Shown: positions 39,830 to 51,033 of the stretch, in pieces | Layout of the letters: each line of letters opens with the position of its first letter | Position numbering within the stretch: the stretch's first letter is position 1 | Assembly (NCBI GenBank): GCA_963575745.1 | Contig: CAUYUJ010000220.1 | Location: 1-64,000 of the forward strand | Direction: 5' to 3' | Source: Prorocentrum cordatum | Lineage: Eukaryota | DNA length: 64,000 nt | Position numbers and translations under genes: made by a program | The notes under the pieces: model-generated | Seen by the model: the letters and a program-made list of their open reading frames with translations, nothing else | The model's database searches: none | Told to the model about the DNA's origin: nothing

Positions 39830-41830
39830 TCAATCGAATTGAAGAGCGCGACCACAATTGATCAAGTTTCTTTGACGTTTTCGCTGCTTCCCCTCACCTT
39901 CTGGGCACTTTGTTGTGGCTTTGCCATCGCGCGTGGCCAAATCCCCCAAGCGCATTGCGTCGCGCACGGTCTTGATGTCGCTTCCATCTGGTCTTGCAAC
40001 TCGCGCGCAGGTCGAAATCTGCATCTGCGCCGCGCTGCCGCAATTCAATTCCAAGCCGCGTGCGCGCCCTTCTTCCACGCTCGTTTTAAGCGTGGCCTGA
40101 ATATTCGCTCGATGTCGAGGTGCTAATAATGCGTCGCGCGCATGGAGAATGCCCTGGGGCACCGCATAGCCAGGTTCGGGGTCGAGGACCGCACCGTGCA
40201 ACGTGATCGTCTCTACTGCGATGAATAAGTACGGTGACAGCGGGCATCCTCGTGAACTCCCGGCGTCCTGGGGCCTCTCCGTGGAGCTTCCGGCGTGGTC
40301 AAGGATAATGGAGAGACGCGCGGAGGATATGGAACGCATCACGTCGACGATGTCACTGGGTAATCCAAGTCGGCGTAAAGCTTTGCACATGGCCTCCGGT
40401 TCAAATCCGTCGAAAGCTTTCGCCCAATCCAACATAAAAAACCACAATCCCACCACTTTTGTTGACGTGCGCGGCATCAATCATGCGCCTCACAAGCATG
40501 AGGGCGTCCGCGGCGCCGCGCCCAGGCCGGAACCCATATTGCGAGTTACGCATGCGTTCTGATCCACCTTAAAGTAACCTTTGGCGCATGAGTGCAGCCA
40601 GAATTGTATATCCCGCCGAAAGCAAAGAAATTTGACGACAATTCTCTGGGAGGGTAGTTTTTCTTGAGTGATAAAACTACTTTCGGTCTGTTCCAACGAG
40701 GGAGGATTCTCCTTCCTAGTCCAGCGTTGTCGGCATACTCGCAATCAAACGCTGGTTGCGCCACTATCACACATCAAAGCTTCCCAAGCATCTGATGATC
40801 TTTAGTTCCGTAACACATTGTAACGCTCATAGATAGTGAGATCGTGTGTGCGGACAGGTAGAACATCACCAATTTGTTGAGTTTGACATTATGGCTGGAA
40901 TTTTGGATGTCGCAATTGCCATTGCCTTGTTTCGAAATAGTCAGCCATGACATTTGCGCGTTCTGCAGTATCTGACCGTGTTCCATTTGGCTTTCTGATA
41001 GCAGCATGTTTGACACTTCTGGGTTTGCGCAAATAACGAATCACGTCCCATGCACCTCCACCAAGATATATTTCCAACCAAGTGTTCTGGTCTTGCTTGC
41101 CACATTTGCGGGTCATCGTGTTTACTGCTCGTTCTGATGTTGAATCACCCGTTTGACGATGCACCCTCCGTTTTTTTTTTTTTTTTTTTTTTTTTTTCAA
41201 GAAGATCAAGAGTACGCTGGCTTGTCCAAGTGCGTTTTGGCGGGGCTGTTTTGCCGGGTAGCGCGCACGCTGCTTGTTGGAAGGCTTGTTCAACATCATC
41301 TGCTGCTTCATCGGGTGTGGAGGTTTCGTATTCAGAGCGGGCGGCGGCACATGCGGGCAGATGATACCGTCCTCCCCAGTTCTGACGTGGCGGGTCGCCA
41401 GATTGAACGGACGAGATCTTAAAATTGATGATAAAACGAATGCCTCGTGCCAACATGTACTCTATTGAGATGGGCATATGCAGATATAAGCGCGAGAACA
41501 CCACCATGCGTCTTCAAGCGCAGTGTCGCAAGACGATCGCCGTTCGCAACGCTGACCGCATTCGCGGAAAAACAATGAAAGCTACACCTGCCCATGATCT
41601 TGTTTCCTTGTTGACTTCCCCTGGCAGGAACACAAAACAACCATCGTGGGTGAAATATTCGGCTCCATTGAAAGGTTTTTCCGGAATGCTGAAAACGTCC
41701 AAATTGCGCTCGCACATCAGATTGTACAAAATTCAACGTAATTCACAAAATAATCATCTCGGAGACCCTGAACGCTCCATGTGCCCAGGCGCTGCAAACT
41801 GTGAGGCTGGCAACCCCGCCTCGGCCGGCC
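39830..41830 (-). mobile_element. Degenerate non-LTR retrotransposon (LINE), APE endonuclease plus reverse transcriptase
   Basis: Frameshifted fragments: LGTWSVQGL, GVAFIV, LISAYAH (APE); WTSQRTLDLL, ANVMADYF; LDWAKAFD and G..RGCPLSPYLF (RT motifs). Confidence 0.85.
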
Positions 41831-42265
41831 CCAAGAAAATGTCGCAAGAGAAGCCGAATACGTAGAAGACGAAGAACAAGAAGAGGAATGAATCTTTGAT
41901 TCATGCTGAGACCGGCCGCGTAGAGGACGTAGGGGTACCGGGTGTCGTGCAGAAGGATGTTGCAGGGAGGGTGAAACGACCACTGGTCGCTGAACGACGG
42001 TAGCTTTGCCCAAATTCGCCGCGACTGTAGCGGCAACTTTGCCCGCGGTGGCGGCAGAGAGGTGCTCAAGTGACTCTCTGGCACGGCAGAATGGCAATCT
42101 TTCAGGCCAGGCTGCGGGGGCCCGGGTCCGGCCGTGTTTCCTTTTGGCCTTTAGATGTGCCTTTGGCCGTGCCTTTCATTGAAGGGGCCCTGGGACACAC
42201 AAATAAATACACACAAATAAAACGATTCCCCATAGCCTTTGGCCGTGCCTTTCATACCCTGGGTG

Positions 42266-42443
42266 CAGTCGGGGCGTGGACCTAAGGAACCCTAAACAGG
42301 GAACGAGGCCCCTCTTTTCCACAAGTGGAACTTCGACTTCCCGTCGAGGGCACGGGGGAAACCTGGGGCAAGCCGTGAAACACTTATAAGGAACACCGAG
42401 CCCCTACCCAACGAAAAGGGCTCCCTCCTCCGCGCCCCGACGG
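42266..42443 (+). mobile_element. MITE family A, diverged copy
   Basis: cagtcggggc...gccccgacgg with the same internal sequence; TA flanks lost. Confidence 0.8.
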
Positions 42444-42559
42444 TCACCCGGCGACGGCCTGCTGCATGGGAAAAACCTCCTTCGCGCACGTCCTCCCGCG
42501 GCGCAGGCGATACAGGCTCGAACACCAGCACCGTCCGTGGCGAGCCGAGCGGCTTTCTC

Positions 42560-42737
42560 TCAACGGGCGAAGAACGATATAAAATAAACTTTTTCGCTGT
42601 CGGGGGCGCCTGCCCCAGGGCGGCTGGAAAGTTTATACCCCTACAGTGCCACCGTAAGGGTATAAACTTTCCAGCCGCCCTGAGGCAGGTGTCCCCGACG
42701 GCGAAAAAAATAGTTCATACCGTTCTTCGCCCGTTAA
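42560..42737. mobile_element. Fold-back (full-length hairpin) element with a 5-bp TTCTC duplication
   Basis: Arms aacgggcgaagaacg...agggcggctggaaagtttataccc and gggtataaactttccagccgccct...cgttcttcgcccgtt; TTCTC at 42555-42559 and 42738-42742. Confidence 0.85.
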
Positions 42738-43261
42738 TTCTCGTCTGCCTGCGCCTTGCGACCGCGGTCGGCCTGCCCGCGCCGTTTGCGGCCCCGCCGT
42801 CGCCTCCGCCCCAGACGCCTGAAGGCTGCCGATGGCTTCGGGGATCTGCTGACCCAGATCGATCGAGACCCGGGCCAGTCGGCCTTATGCAAGATCCAGC
42901 AACATTCTGCAGGATCCTGCGCGCAGACCCGTGTGAGTGCACCCCTGGCCCTGTAGGATCCTGGCTGACCCCCGTTGGAACGGACCCCCGTCTCAAGGCC
43001 CTCGACGGGTCAAGGGTGCTGCCGCACCGGGACAAGGATTGAGGGCGCGGCGCCGCTGCCTGGCACACCCAGCCTTGCTCCTCCAGCGTGGAGGCCGTGC
43101 GCGGCGCAAGACCATCCCATCACGACACAATGAACATCAGGGGATACAATATGAAAGGTATCGCATCGAGTCCTGCCAATGGCGTAGCTGCAGCACGGGA
43201 ACTGTTTGGGCCGGGAACTCCCCACGCCACGGTCCCAAGCCCCTTGAGGAATGCCTCCAGA

Positions 43262-43283
43262 CTTGAGCCAAAGTGGCTGCGAA
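43262..43283 (-). other. Relic dinoflagellate spliced leader
   Basis: TTCGCAGCCACTTTGGCTCAAG, 19/22 match. Confidence 0.8.
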
Positions 43284-44204
43284 CTTCCCCTCCCCCTCCT
43301 CCTGCCGCTCCTTCTCCCCTTCCTCCTCCCACACATACCATCCCCTGGCCGTGTCCTGGGGCGCAGCCTTAACAAAAAGTTCAAGCGGACCCAGCTGTGG
43401 CGACAAGGGTGCCCAACTGTTCAAGAACAACTACCGCTATACTGTAGATTCGCCTCTCCTCCGACCGTATGGGGAGGGTGCGAAGTCCCTGTGTGCGGGA
43501 CGGAGTGGGCAGGGAGAGACACCCAAGGTCTCCCAACCTTCGAGGCCCTGGCACCATACGCGCGCCCGACACTTTCGGGGGAGGCATCATACGCCTCCCC
43601 GGCAACTCTGCGCCAGACGCAACAAAACAAAATCGGGGCCACACCATCATGGATGAAGGATGCATGGGTCTAGTGCGCGGTCGCCAGATCCATGGATCGG
43701 GGAAGGCGCTCCCGAGAAATTGCGCCCGTGCTGCCCGATTTGGCGGCTGCGCCCGCCGATTCTGCATGAAAACGGGGCCCGTCGCCAATACAAGCGACTC
43801 AATCCATGTTTGCGAGTCCTTGAAATAATTGGATGCGTTCCTTGAGTTCGGGGTCTCCTCCTCCTCCACCGGCCCAGACGTCTCCGCGGAGGGCTCCCGA
43901 GGCCGCTGGGGCGCCACCAGACAGAAGCCCCCTGGTTGCCCTCTGAAGCCCTGGTCCCTCCGGAAACGGAACGACGGAGCTAAGCACGTGCAGGAGGCCA
44001 TCCTCGATCCTCGTTTCGGCGTCGCCTCAACCCCTCTCAACGATCAAGATCAAAGGAAGGTAAGGAGAAAAGAAAGGCAGGCTCAGCAGAAGGAAGGCCG
44101 CGCCTGCGCGTGCTTGACCCACCCACCACTCCGCCCCCCCCCGTAACCAGGGGCATCCTAGATCCTCGCCCACTCGCCTCATCCCTCATCTTCCCCCCCG
44201 CTGC

Positions 44205-44405
44205 CCACACATATGAGGCAGGTGCCGATGATCACCTTCGGCTGCAGCCTCTCCTGCAGGAACGCCACCGAGAAGGCCACGACCATGATGGTGTTCAGCT
44301 TCCCGAGGATCTGCATGGAGGCCCCGCCGATCTGCTTGATGACGAACATGCCGAGGAGGTTCAGGGCGCACGCGCTCACGCAGGTGGCCAGCACCAGAAG
44401 CGACG
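44205..44405 (-). CDS. TPT/SLC35E-type transporter exon 7
   Basis: SLLVLATCVSACALNLLGMFVIKQIGGASMQILGKLNTIMVVAFSVAFLQE...GTCLICV, typical C-terminal TM helices of the TPT family; final exon not located. Confidence 0.8.
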
Positions 44406-45099
44406 CTGGAGAGGCGAAGAAGGGAGGGCGCCCCGCCATACGCTTTTTGGCCGAAGGGCTGGGCAAGAGGGAGGGGGAAGGAGGGGGGGGAAGCGAGATA
44501 CGGCAGGTTCGTGCGGCGATGACTTCCACGTTTGTTGCTGATACCGCGTGGATCGTTCACACTTGAACCATCGCGTCTTCCCGATTCCCGATAACGCAGA
44601 TCGTTCGATATCGGCCGGTTCCGGGCCACTGGCGGCGTCAAACCAGGAACGCCCGTGCCGGTGTCGCCACCGCGGCAACGCGGCGCGAACCTACCGGAGG
44701 GGGAGGGGGTTGGGAGTCGATCAGGGGAACGTGCCTGGGTCGTGTGCCAGAAGCCGCGCGGACGTATCATTGGGTCTTTGGCAGTCTCTCAGAGCACGGA
44801 TGGGGGCCTCTTGGGGGTCTCCTCTGGGAGCTTCCCCAGGGCGTCCTGGGGCCTCTTGGGGGCAGAGATCAGTGGGGGAGCGGGAGAAGCAGCGGAGAAT
44901 GGGTAGAGTCAGGGAGCGTTACTGGTCGCCCGCAGCCGAAGGGAGGGTGGGCCGAAGGCGATGCCCTCTCTTGGCCGCGCCACGACGTGGGATCGAGAGC
45001 GCGGACCTCCTAGCTCTTCATGTGGTTGCCATTTTTTGTTCCCTGGGTCAGGAGGGCCTCGAGGGGTACTGGCAGCGCACCTCGCTTTCATCCTCCCTG

Positions 45100-45302
45100 G
45101 ATGTCCCGACATGCAACGCTCTGGCGAACGCGAAGAAGTCCTCGGTTGCCACGGCGTAGATGACCGAGATCACGACGCACGGGAGGCCTTGCAGCGCCCA
45201 GACGTGCATGGGATCCACTGGCATGGCCGCCTGCAGCGGTTGCTTCTCGCTACCCTCGCGGGCGTACGCGGTGGGGTTCAGGAGGTTGTCCTGCAGCACC
45301 AC
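45100..45302 (-). CDS. TPT transporter exon 6
   Basis: ctcag|GTG start; VVLQDNLL...PMHVWALQGLPC...ATE; donor position uncertain. Confidence 0.75.
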
Positions 45303-45447
45303 CTGAGACAGGCTCGCCCCCTCCGAATACTTATCAGAGCATGTCGCCCTCAATGGAGGGATGTATGAACAATGCCTGTTCTCGGGACTGGTAATGTTCC
45401 ACAAATCCTTCTTTGGTGCGACCATGCCTGGGGTGTACTCCTAGAAG

Positions 45448-45593
45448 CCTCCGTGTCGGAATAGATGGGGTTGGAGAATCGTGCCGCATCGTCGGTGTAT
45501 CGGCGCCGTCGTGACGCAGAAACCGCATCAACAATGCATCGGCGATGCGGCTCGATCCTCCGACCCCGTCCACTCCGGCCCTCTTTGGTGAGG
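45448..45593. mobile_element. MITE family B, diverged intronic copy
   Basis: tcggaatagatggggttggagaatcgtgccgcatc...gatgcggctcgatcctccgacccc. Confidence 0.65.
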
Positions 45594-45907
45594 TCGCCGA
45601 ATGTCGCGCACCGCCCTTGGAGCGACGCGCGGTTGATCTTGGTGCCCTCGCCCCGCCCCCCGGAGAAGGGCAGATCTCAAGCCCAGGCCGCGACGCGCGA
45701 TGGGCGATGACTTTCGCGCCAAGCGAGATGGTGTAGCGATCTTACGTGGTGGCTTACGCGGGCTGCCCGCGCGGCACGCCACGTTTGAAGCGAGGGCGCT
45801 TACGCGCGACCTTACGCGGGCAACTTGCGCGCCAATGTCGGCGCAGACGACCCCGTTTTGTGGCGTCGCTCATTTGGGAGGCCAGGAAATTGGACGGGCC
45901 CCGCTGC

Positions 45908-46192
45908 CTTGATGGAGCGAAGCAGGACGGACGCCAGGGAAAAGAGCAGCCCAAAGGCCACCGCGCCGCCCGCATGCCCGTGGCCCAGCTTGCCCCAGGC
46001 AATCACGCCGGCTCCTACGCAGGCCATGCCGACGCCAACCCAAGCGAACTTCGCAACTTTCCTGCCCATGAGGTTAGCAAGAGCTGCGGTGGTCACCGGG
46101 GAGAGCGTTGCCACGATGGAGTTCAGACCAGCGCCGAGATAGATCAGCGCAGTGTTGTTGAAGACAACGGACAGCGGAAGGCTAAGAGCGAT
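45908..46192 (-). CDS. TPT transporter exon 5
   Basis: IALSLPLSVVFNNTALIYLGAGLNSIVATLSPVTTA...SVLLRSIK; donor AAG|GC. Confidence 0.85.
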
Positions 46193-46326
46193 AGTGGGGA
46201 GCAGAAAAAACAAACGCCTACTCTCGAAGCCCTTTCCAAGCTCTTGCCCACCGCATGTCTTCGTCCTCTCCCCTCCCCTCCCACCCTTTCTGCAAGTAGG
46301 TGCTTTTCTGCTCAGCTCCCCCAGCT
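46193..46326. mobile_element. Inverted-repeat-bounded insertion forming TPT intron 4
   Basis: Ends AG(C)TGGGG(G)AGC..AGAAAA..CCTACT are inverted; precise removal gives F-I-L-P|I-A-L. Confidence 0.65.
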
Positions 46327-46422
46327 GGGCAGGATGAAAGTGGTGTAGCGCGATGCCGAGCCCATGGAGGAGGGAAGCGCCTTGTGGGACTCGCCCTTCA
46401 CCAGCCAATACACCACACAGAC
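46327..46422 (-). CDS. TPT transporter exon 4
   Basis: ccgcag|GTC start; VCVVYWLVKGESHKALPSSMGSASRYTTFILP. Confidence 0.8.
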
Positions 46423-46560
46423 CTGCGGAGGACGCCAACAACACCTGCACCCACCTCGGCCGGGCCGATCCCGGGTCCCGGATCGGTGTGGGTGTCTGGC
46501 AGCCCCGTGTGAACTCCACCCCTGCAGGTCTAATCTCTGGAGCGCCAGCTGGGGTTCATA

Positions 46561-46736
46561 CAGTCGGGGCGTTGACCTAAGGAACCCTAGATAAGGAACG
46601 AGGCCCCGTTTTTCCATAAGTTAAACTTCGATTTCCGATCGGAAACATGAGGAAAACCTGAGGCAAGCTGTGAAACACTTAAGGAACGCGGAGCCCCTCC
46701 CCAACGAAAAGGGTTCCTTCTTCAGGGCCCCGACTG
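46561..46736 (+). mobile_element. MITE family A within TPT intron 3
   Basis: TA|CAGTCGGGGC...GCCCCGACTG|TA. Confidence 0.9.
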
Positions 46737-46862
46737 TAACCCGAACGATGTCTGCAACCGAGAAGACCCCCACGGGGGTGTCCGATAAGCCAGCGTCGAG
46801 CGGACCCGCAGGGGCGGGGTTCGCAATCGGCCGCAAGTGTAAAGCTGGCGCCCCGCGGGTAC

Positions 46863-46895
46863 CAGCCAGACGGTCGCGAAGTGCAGGACAGTCAC
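46863..46895 (-). CDS. TPT transporter exon 3 (33-nt micro-exon VTVLHFATVWL)
   Basis: ctaag|GTG...CTG|GT; completes the family motif YPGW-VTVLHF. Confidence 0.8.
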
Positions 46896-47081
46896 CTTAG
46901 CTGCCCCGCAACGCAACACGCAGAACGTAGCGTATTGTTACGGAGCTCAACACGTAGACTTAAAACGTGGGTATGACGCTACACGTTCGACAAAACGTCG
47001 GCCGACACGCTGAGCCAGCACGCAACGTATGGACACGGACGTTTTCAGCACAGTGAGAATGGCGTTTCAAAATATAGAGGG

Positions 47082-47280
47082 CTCCTAGATGGGGTCCGAT
47101 TAGGTGAAGTCGGGGGATCGCGCCGCATCGCCAATGCATCGGCGATGCATCGGCGACGTCGGCGACGTATCGACGACGTCGGCGGGGAGAAAATCGGGCT
47201 CGGCATCGAGCCGCATCGCCGATGCATCGGGGATGCTGCGCGATCCTCCGACCCCATCTACTCCGACCCCGTCTGGGAGG
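47082..47280. mobile_element. MITE family B within TPT intron 2
   Basis: ctcctagatggggtc...gaccccgtctgggagg with the cgatgcatcgg core. Confidence 0.8.
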
Positions 47281-47319
47281 CTGAGAAAACGGGCGTGTCG
47301 CGGCGGCTGAGACAGTCAC

Positions 47320-47446
47320 CCATCCAGGGTAGTTGAAGCTGAACGGCGCACTCGACAGCTCCTTCATCAGCAGCTGCGTGGAGACGAGAGAGCAGATGAG
47401 GCCGACCGTGCAGAAGGTGGCGGTCGGCCCGTGCGGCCGGAGTACG
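47320..47446 (-). CDS. TPT transporter exon 2
   Basis: VLRPHGPTATFCTVGLICSLVSTQLLMKELSSAPFSFNYPGW (K..L...F.YP motif); donor TGG|GT. Confidence 0.8.
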
Positions 47447-47891
47447 ATCGGCGGCGAGCGAGGGGGGGGCAATGAGAAGGAGAAGACCTTCTCGGAAGGC
47501 GGCGGGACTTCTCAAAAGCCTTCGGTGGCAACTCATGGGAGCCTCCCATACCATCTTGTCGGCTCTTGCGAATCGACGCTGGTTGACGCTAAATCGACGC
47601 TGATCGACGCTAATTCGGCGCTAATCGACGCTAACCGACGCTAAATCGGCGCTAGCTCATCGACTCCCGAACGCTACTCGACGCTAAGGACATAATTACG
47701 ACCATACACAAGGCTCCCATGATTTCCTACCGAAGGAGAAGGCCTTCTCAGAAGGCGGCGGGACTTCTCCGAAGACCTCTTGTGTGCGTTTTCGGGAGAA
47801 GCTTAGGAAGCTTCTCAGAAGGCCGGGGGACACTTCCGAGCCTTCTGAGAAGGCCTGCCCCTTTTTACTTCCCCCCGGGCTCGCCGCCGAT
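47447..47891. mobile_element. TIR-bounded insertion forming TPT intron 1
   Basis: Perfect 13-bp TIR ATCGGCGGCGAGC extending imperfectly to ~50 bp; contains an (AATCGACGCT)n array at ~47570-47690. Confidence 0.75.
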
Positions 47892-48049
47892 ATAAAGCAG
47901 ACCGCGCTGAACAGGGAGCCCACGATAACCACGGCGATCAACTTGCCAACGCCCTCGGTGAACTTGCTGGAGGCGGCAACCTGCAGCAGAGAGATCGATA
48001 GCACGTCTTCAACGGAGCTGGGCTCGAGCATGACGGCCGTGTGTGCCAT
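47892..48049 (-). CDS. TPT transporter exon 1
   Basis: ATG at 48049; MAHTAVML...LIAVVIVGSLFSAVCF; SL relic ~70 nt upstream. Confidence 0.65.
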
Positions 48050-48119
48050 TCGCCTGTCTGACCTCGGGGCGCTGTCCAGTGTCGTGGATTATGTATAGCT
48101 TGTCAAGGTGCCCCAAGGG

Positions 48120-48141
48120 CTTTAGCCAAATTGGCAACTGT
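48120..48141 (-). other. Relic dinoflagellate spliced leader
   Basis: ACAGTTGCCAATTTGGCTAAAG, 18/22 match, correctly oriented 5' of the TPT ATG. Confidence 0.7.
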
Positions 48142-51033
48142 GATATGTGCTGATGCAGATGAGAGGGGCCACCAGTGTGAGAATGGAATGGGAGAACACG
48201 GCCATGCGATAGAGAAGGAGGGAGGTTATGAGGAAGATGATGACAGATGATGGCGAGAATGAGGAAGCGGATGAGGCGAACGAAGATGAGGTATCATAAT
48301 AAGACGGATACGTACGAACGGGGTGAGACAACATAATGCATCAATATATCGTGCACGTCATAGTGTTTCGTCTTCCGTGTCCGTCAAACCCAACACTTGT
48401 GGGTGCCTTGCGCACCGCACTATCTGCAACTGCTCTGCCTGGCAGCAGTGATCGTGTACCTTAGACAGGTGTTCGACGTCACGCTGCGTTGGCTCCTTGA
48501 ATAACAAGTTCTTGCGAGGGAGTAAAAGGTATGTTATCAACAGCGTGCAGACTATCACAAAATGCTGCGACCAAACTGAAAAGCCGTAGTATCAACAACA
48601 ATCCCACAAACCCTCTGGGCAAATGTGGTATAACGCTTCTTTCCCCTCCTCGTCCAAGCCTCCTTCCTCCACTATTCGGAGAGGGTTTCATCACTTCCCC
48701 GTGAATGTACACACCCTCCTCCACTCCAACAGCCCCTATTCAAGGCAAGCACCAACGTCCCCTCACCATCCCTGTCAACAAAGATTAAGCAATGCAAATT
48801 TGCATCACCAGCGGGATCATGTTCGGACGCCCCACGAACACGTTTGTCTTTTGACAGAGACCAAGGGGGTATCATATTGCCCCACGTGCGTAGGCCCATC
48901 ATCCCTGTCAAAACCAATGCAAAGCGGCAAAGTCTTGGGCGCCCCGCGATTACGCGCAGTGATATTTGACAGGGATGGTGGGGTTGCACTGGCACGCCGG
49001 CGCACCTCGACGGTGCGGTGCACTTTGCTAGCGTACGCATTGGTTCCTGATGGTTGTCGATGCCGTCCCCTGTTGATGTGTTGGAAGGGCGGCACGGAGT
49101 GAGCGAGATGGCTTGCGGCTTGTGGGTGCCCGCCCCCATCAGGCAGCCTGTTTTGGCCCACGATGACTACACTATGGCCCCGGACGTCCCAAGAGGGCGC
49201 CCAAAACGGCTCAAGATAGCGGGAGATGGTCCAAGATAGCCAATTCTAAATTGAATTTGATAGAAATCCTAGACCCGACCGCGATGTCTGCTAGGCGAGA
49301 GTGCGATTCTTGAACAGACTCTGACGAAGTCCCAGGCAAGAGCGCGACTTGAGCAATTTGCACAGAGGTCTCGAGCAAGAGCGGCTTTCTTGTATAAACT
49401 ATTAGAAAGACTTGGAATTTCGACGCGAATCCAGCGGTGGCGACGAGGCCTCCCAGGATGCCCAAAGGGGAAAACGAGGGAAGGGTAGCAGTATGGGTAC
49501 TTCTTCCTCCTCTGACCACTACTGTTGTACACGGAGACCAGAGGCGCAGGGCGAGCACCAAAACCCCCTCTGACCAAAAGAACATTAGGTGCGAGAGTCG
49601 AGAGGTGCACCTCACACTACAAATAACAGGCATCTGGTAGGGGGTACCGACAGCATATTTCGAGAAGCAAAACAATGCAGAAGCATTAACTTTCAGAAAT
49701 CTACGGGGGAAAGTTTCGAGGGTCAAAAATCAGCACAAACTGAAGAACAGCCTTTCGAGGCACTGCGTGAGCACAGGTCATGTAAAGAAGCAAACAATGA
49801 CATAAGCACACATACTCGGAAGGCCGCTCGGATGTCTTGGATCGGCGCTGGACCCCCCCTCCCTCCCTGGCGCGTGGAGCGCACCAGAAGCGGCGCCAGA
49901 GGCGCCGCCAGGGGGGGCCAGCGCAGATCCAAAAGGTGCGCGCGGACCTCCGAAAGCTCATGTTTAGGCAGTGCTTGCTCCTTGGCTTATTCTGGGAAGG
50001 GGAGCTTGATCACAGTTACAGGGCGACAAGGTCGTCATGATCATATCGGCGCAGCAAGCGTTCTGGGACTTCCAGAGCATCTAGCGGCGCAGCCAGTGCG
50101 GAACATGAGGACATGTTGGAAATCCTGGGTCTTTCGAACCCTTTCCATACGGAAATCAATTATGTTTCCGACGCCCTTATTGACGGACTGGGGCACCAGT
50201 AATAATGAAAATGATTGTTTCTCCGAGAAGGAACGAGACGAGGAGAAGCAGGAGGAGGACGAGGACTAGTGTCAACCCGAGACTCACCAACGATGTTGGA
50301 CAAGAGAAAAGAAAGGTGGAGGAGGAAGGGGGATGCAGGGGGAGGAGGAGGAGGAGAAGAAGGAGGAGGAGGAGGAGGAAGAAGAGGAGGAGCGGGCGGG
50401 GGAGGAGGGACAAGGTTTTCTCCCCGCCAAGAGAAACAGGGAGGGGAAGCTAAAGACAACCTGATGGCAAGCACCTACCATCTGGAGGTTCGCGCAGACT
50501 TCTTGGGTCGGTCTCTTGGGTCGGCGCCCCCCCGAGTCTGTGGTGCCGGACGCACTGCGGGCGGCAGAGCGGCGTTGCGTATTGGGATGGGGGGGAGGGG
50601 GCAGGAGGGACGAGGGGGAGGGGGGGGAGGGAGAGTAGGGGAGGGATGGGGAAGGGGGAGGGAAATGGGGAAGAGGGAAAGGGGGGGGGGAGGAAGGGGG
50701 AGCGTTACATGATGGGGAGGGGGGAGGGAGGGGGGGACGATGGGCGGCAGAACGGGCTTTATGGTCCAGAGGGTTACAGCAACACCCTCGTTTTGAGCAG
50801 GGACCGACCGTCCCGCCATTGCTATAGGCACACCACGACGTGTGCTTAGAACCCCGACAAGTTTTGAGAGCAACGACAACGTTCTGAGAACAAGAACCGA
50901 TGCATGAAACAAAACAGTCTCGGCCAGAACTGTTCGAACCATATTTCTTGCAGGCCACAAGATGTTCTCTCCAGTGGGCCTCTGGGCGAGCCGGACGCTT
51001 CGCCGCTGCTTGATCCTTGCCCCTCGAGAAGTA

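Noticed and set aside
45812..46519. ORF taken as a single transporter exon
   Set aside because: Only 45908-46192 is in the transporter frame; exon 4 is in a different frame.
49415..49515. ~100-bp sequence shared with ~60895-60972
   Set aside because: It is a real dispersed repeat, but no termini or function could be defined.
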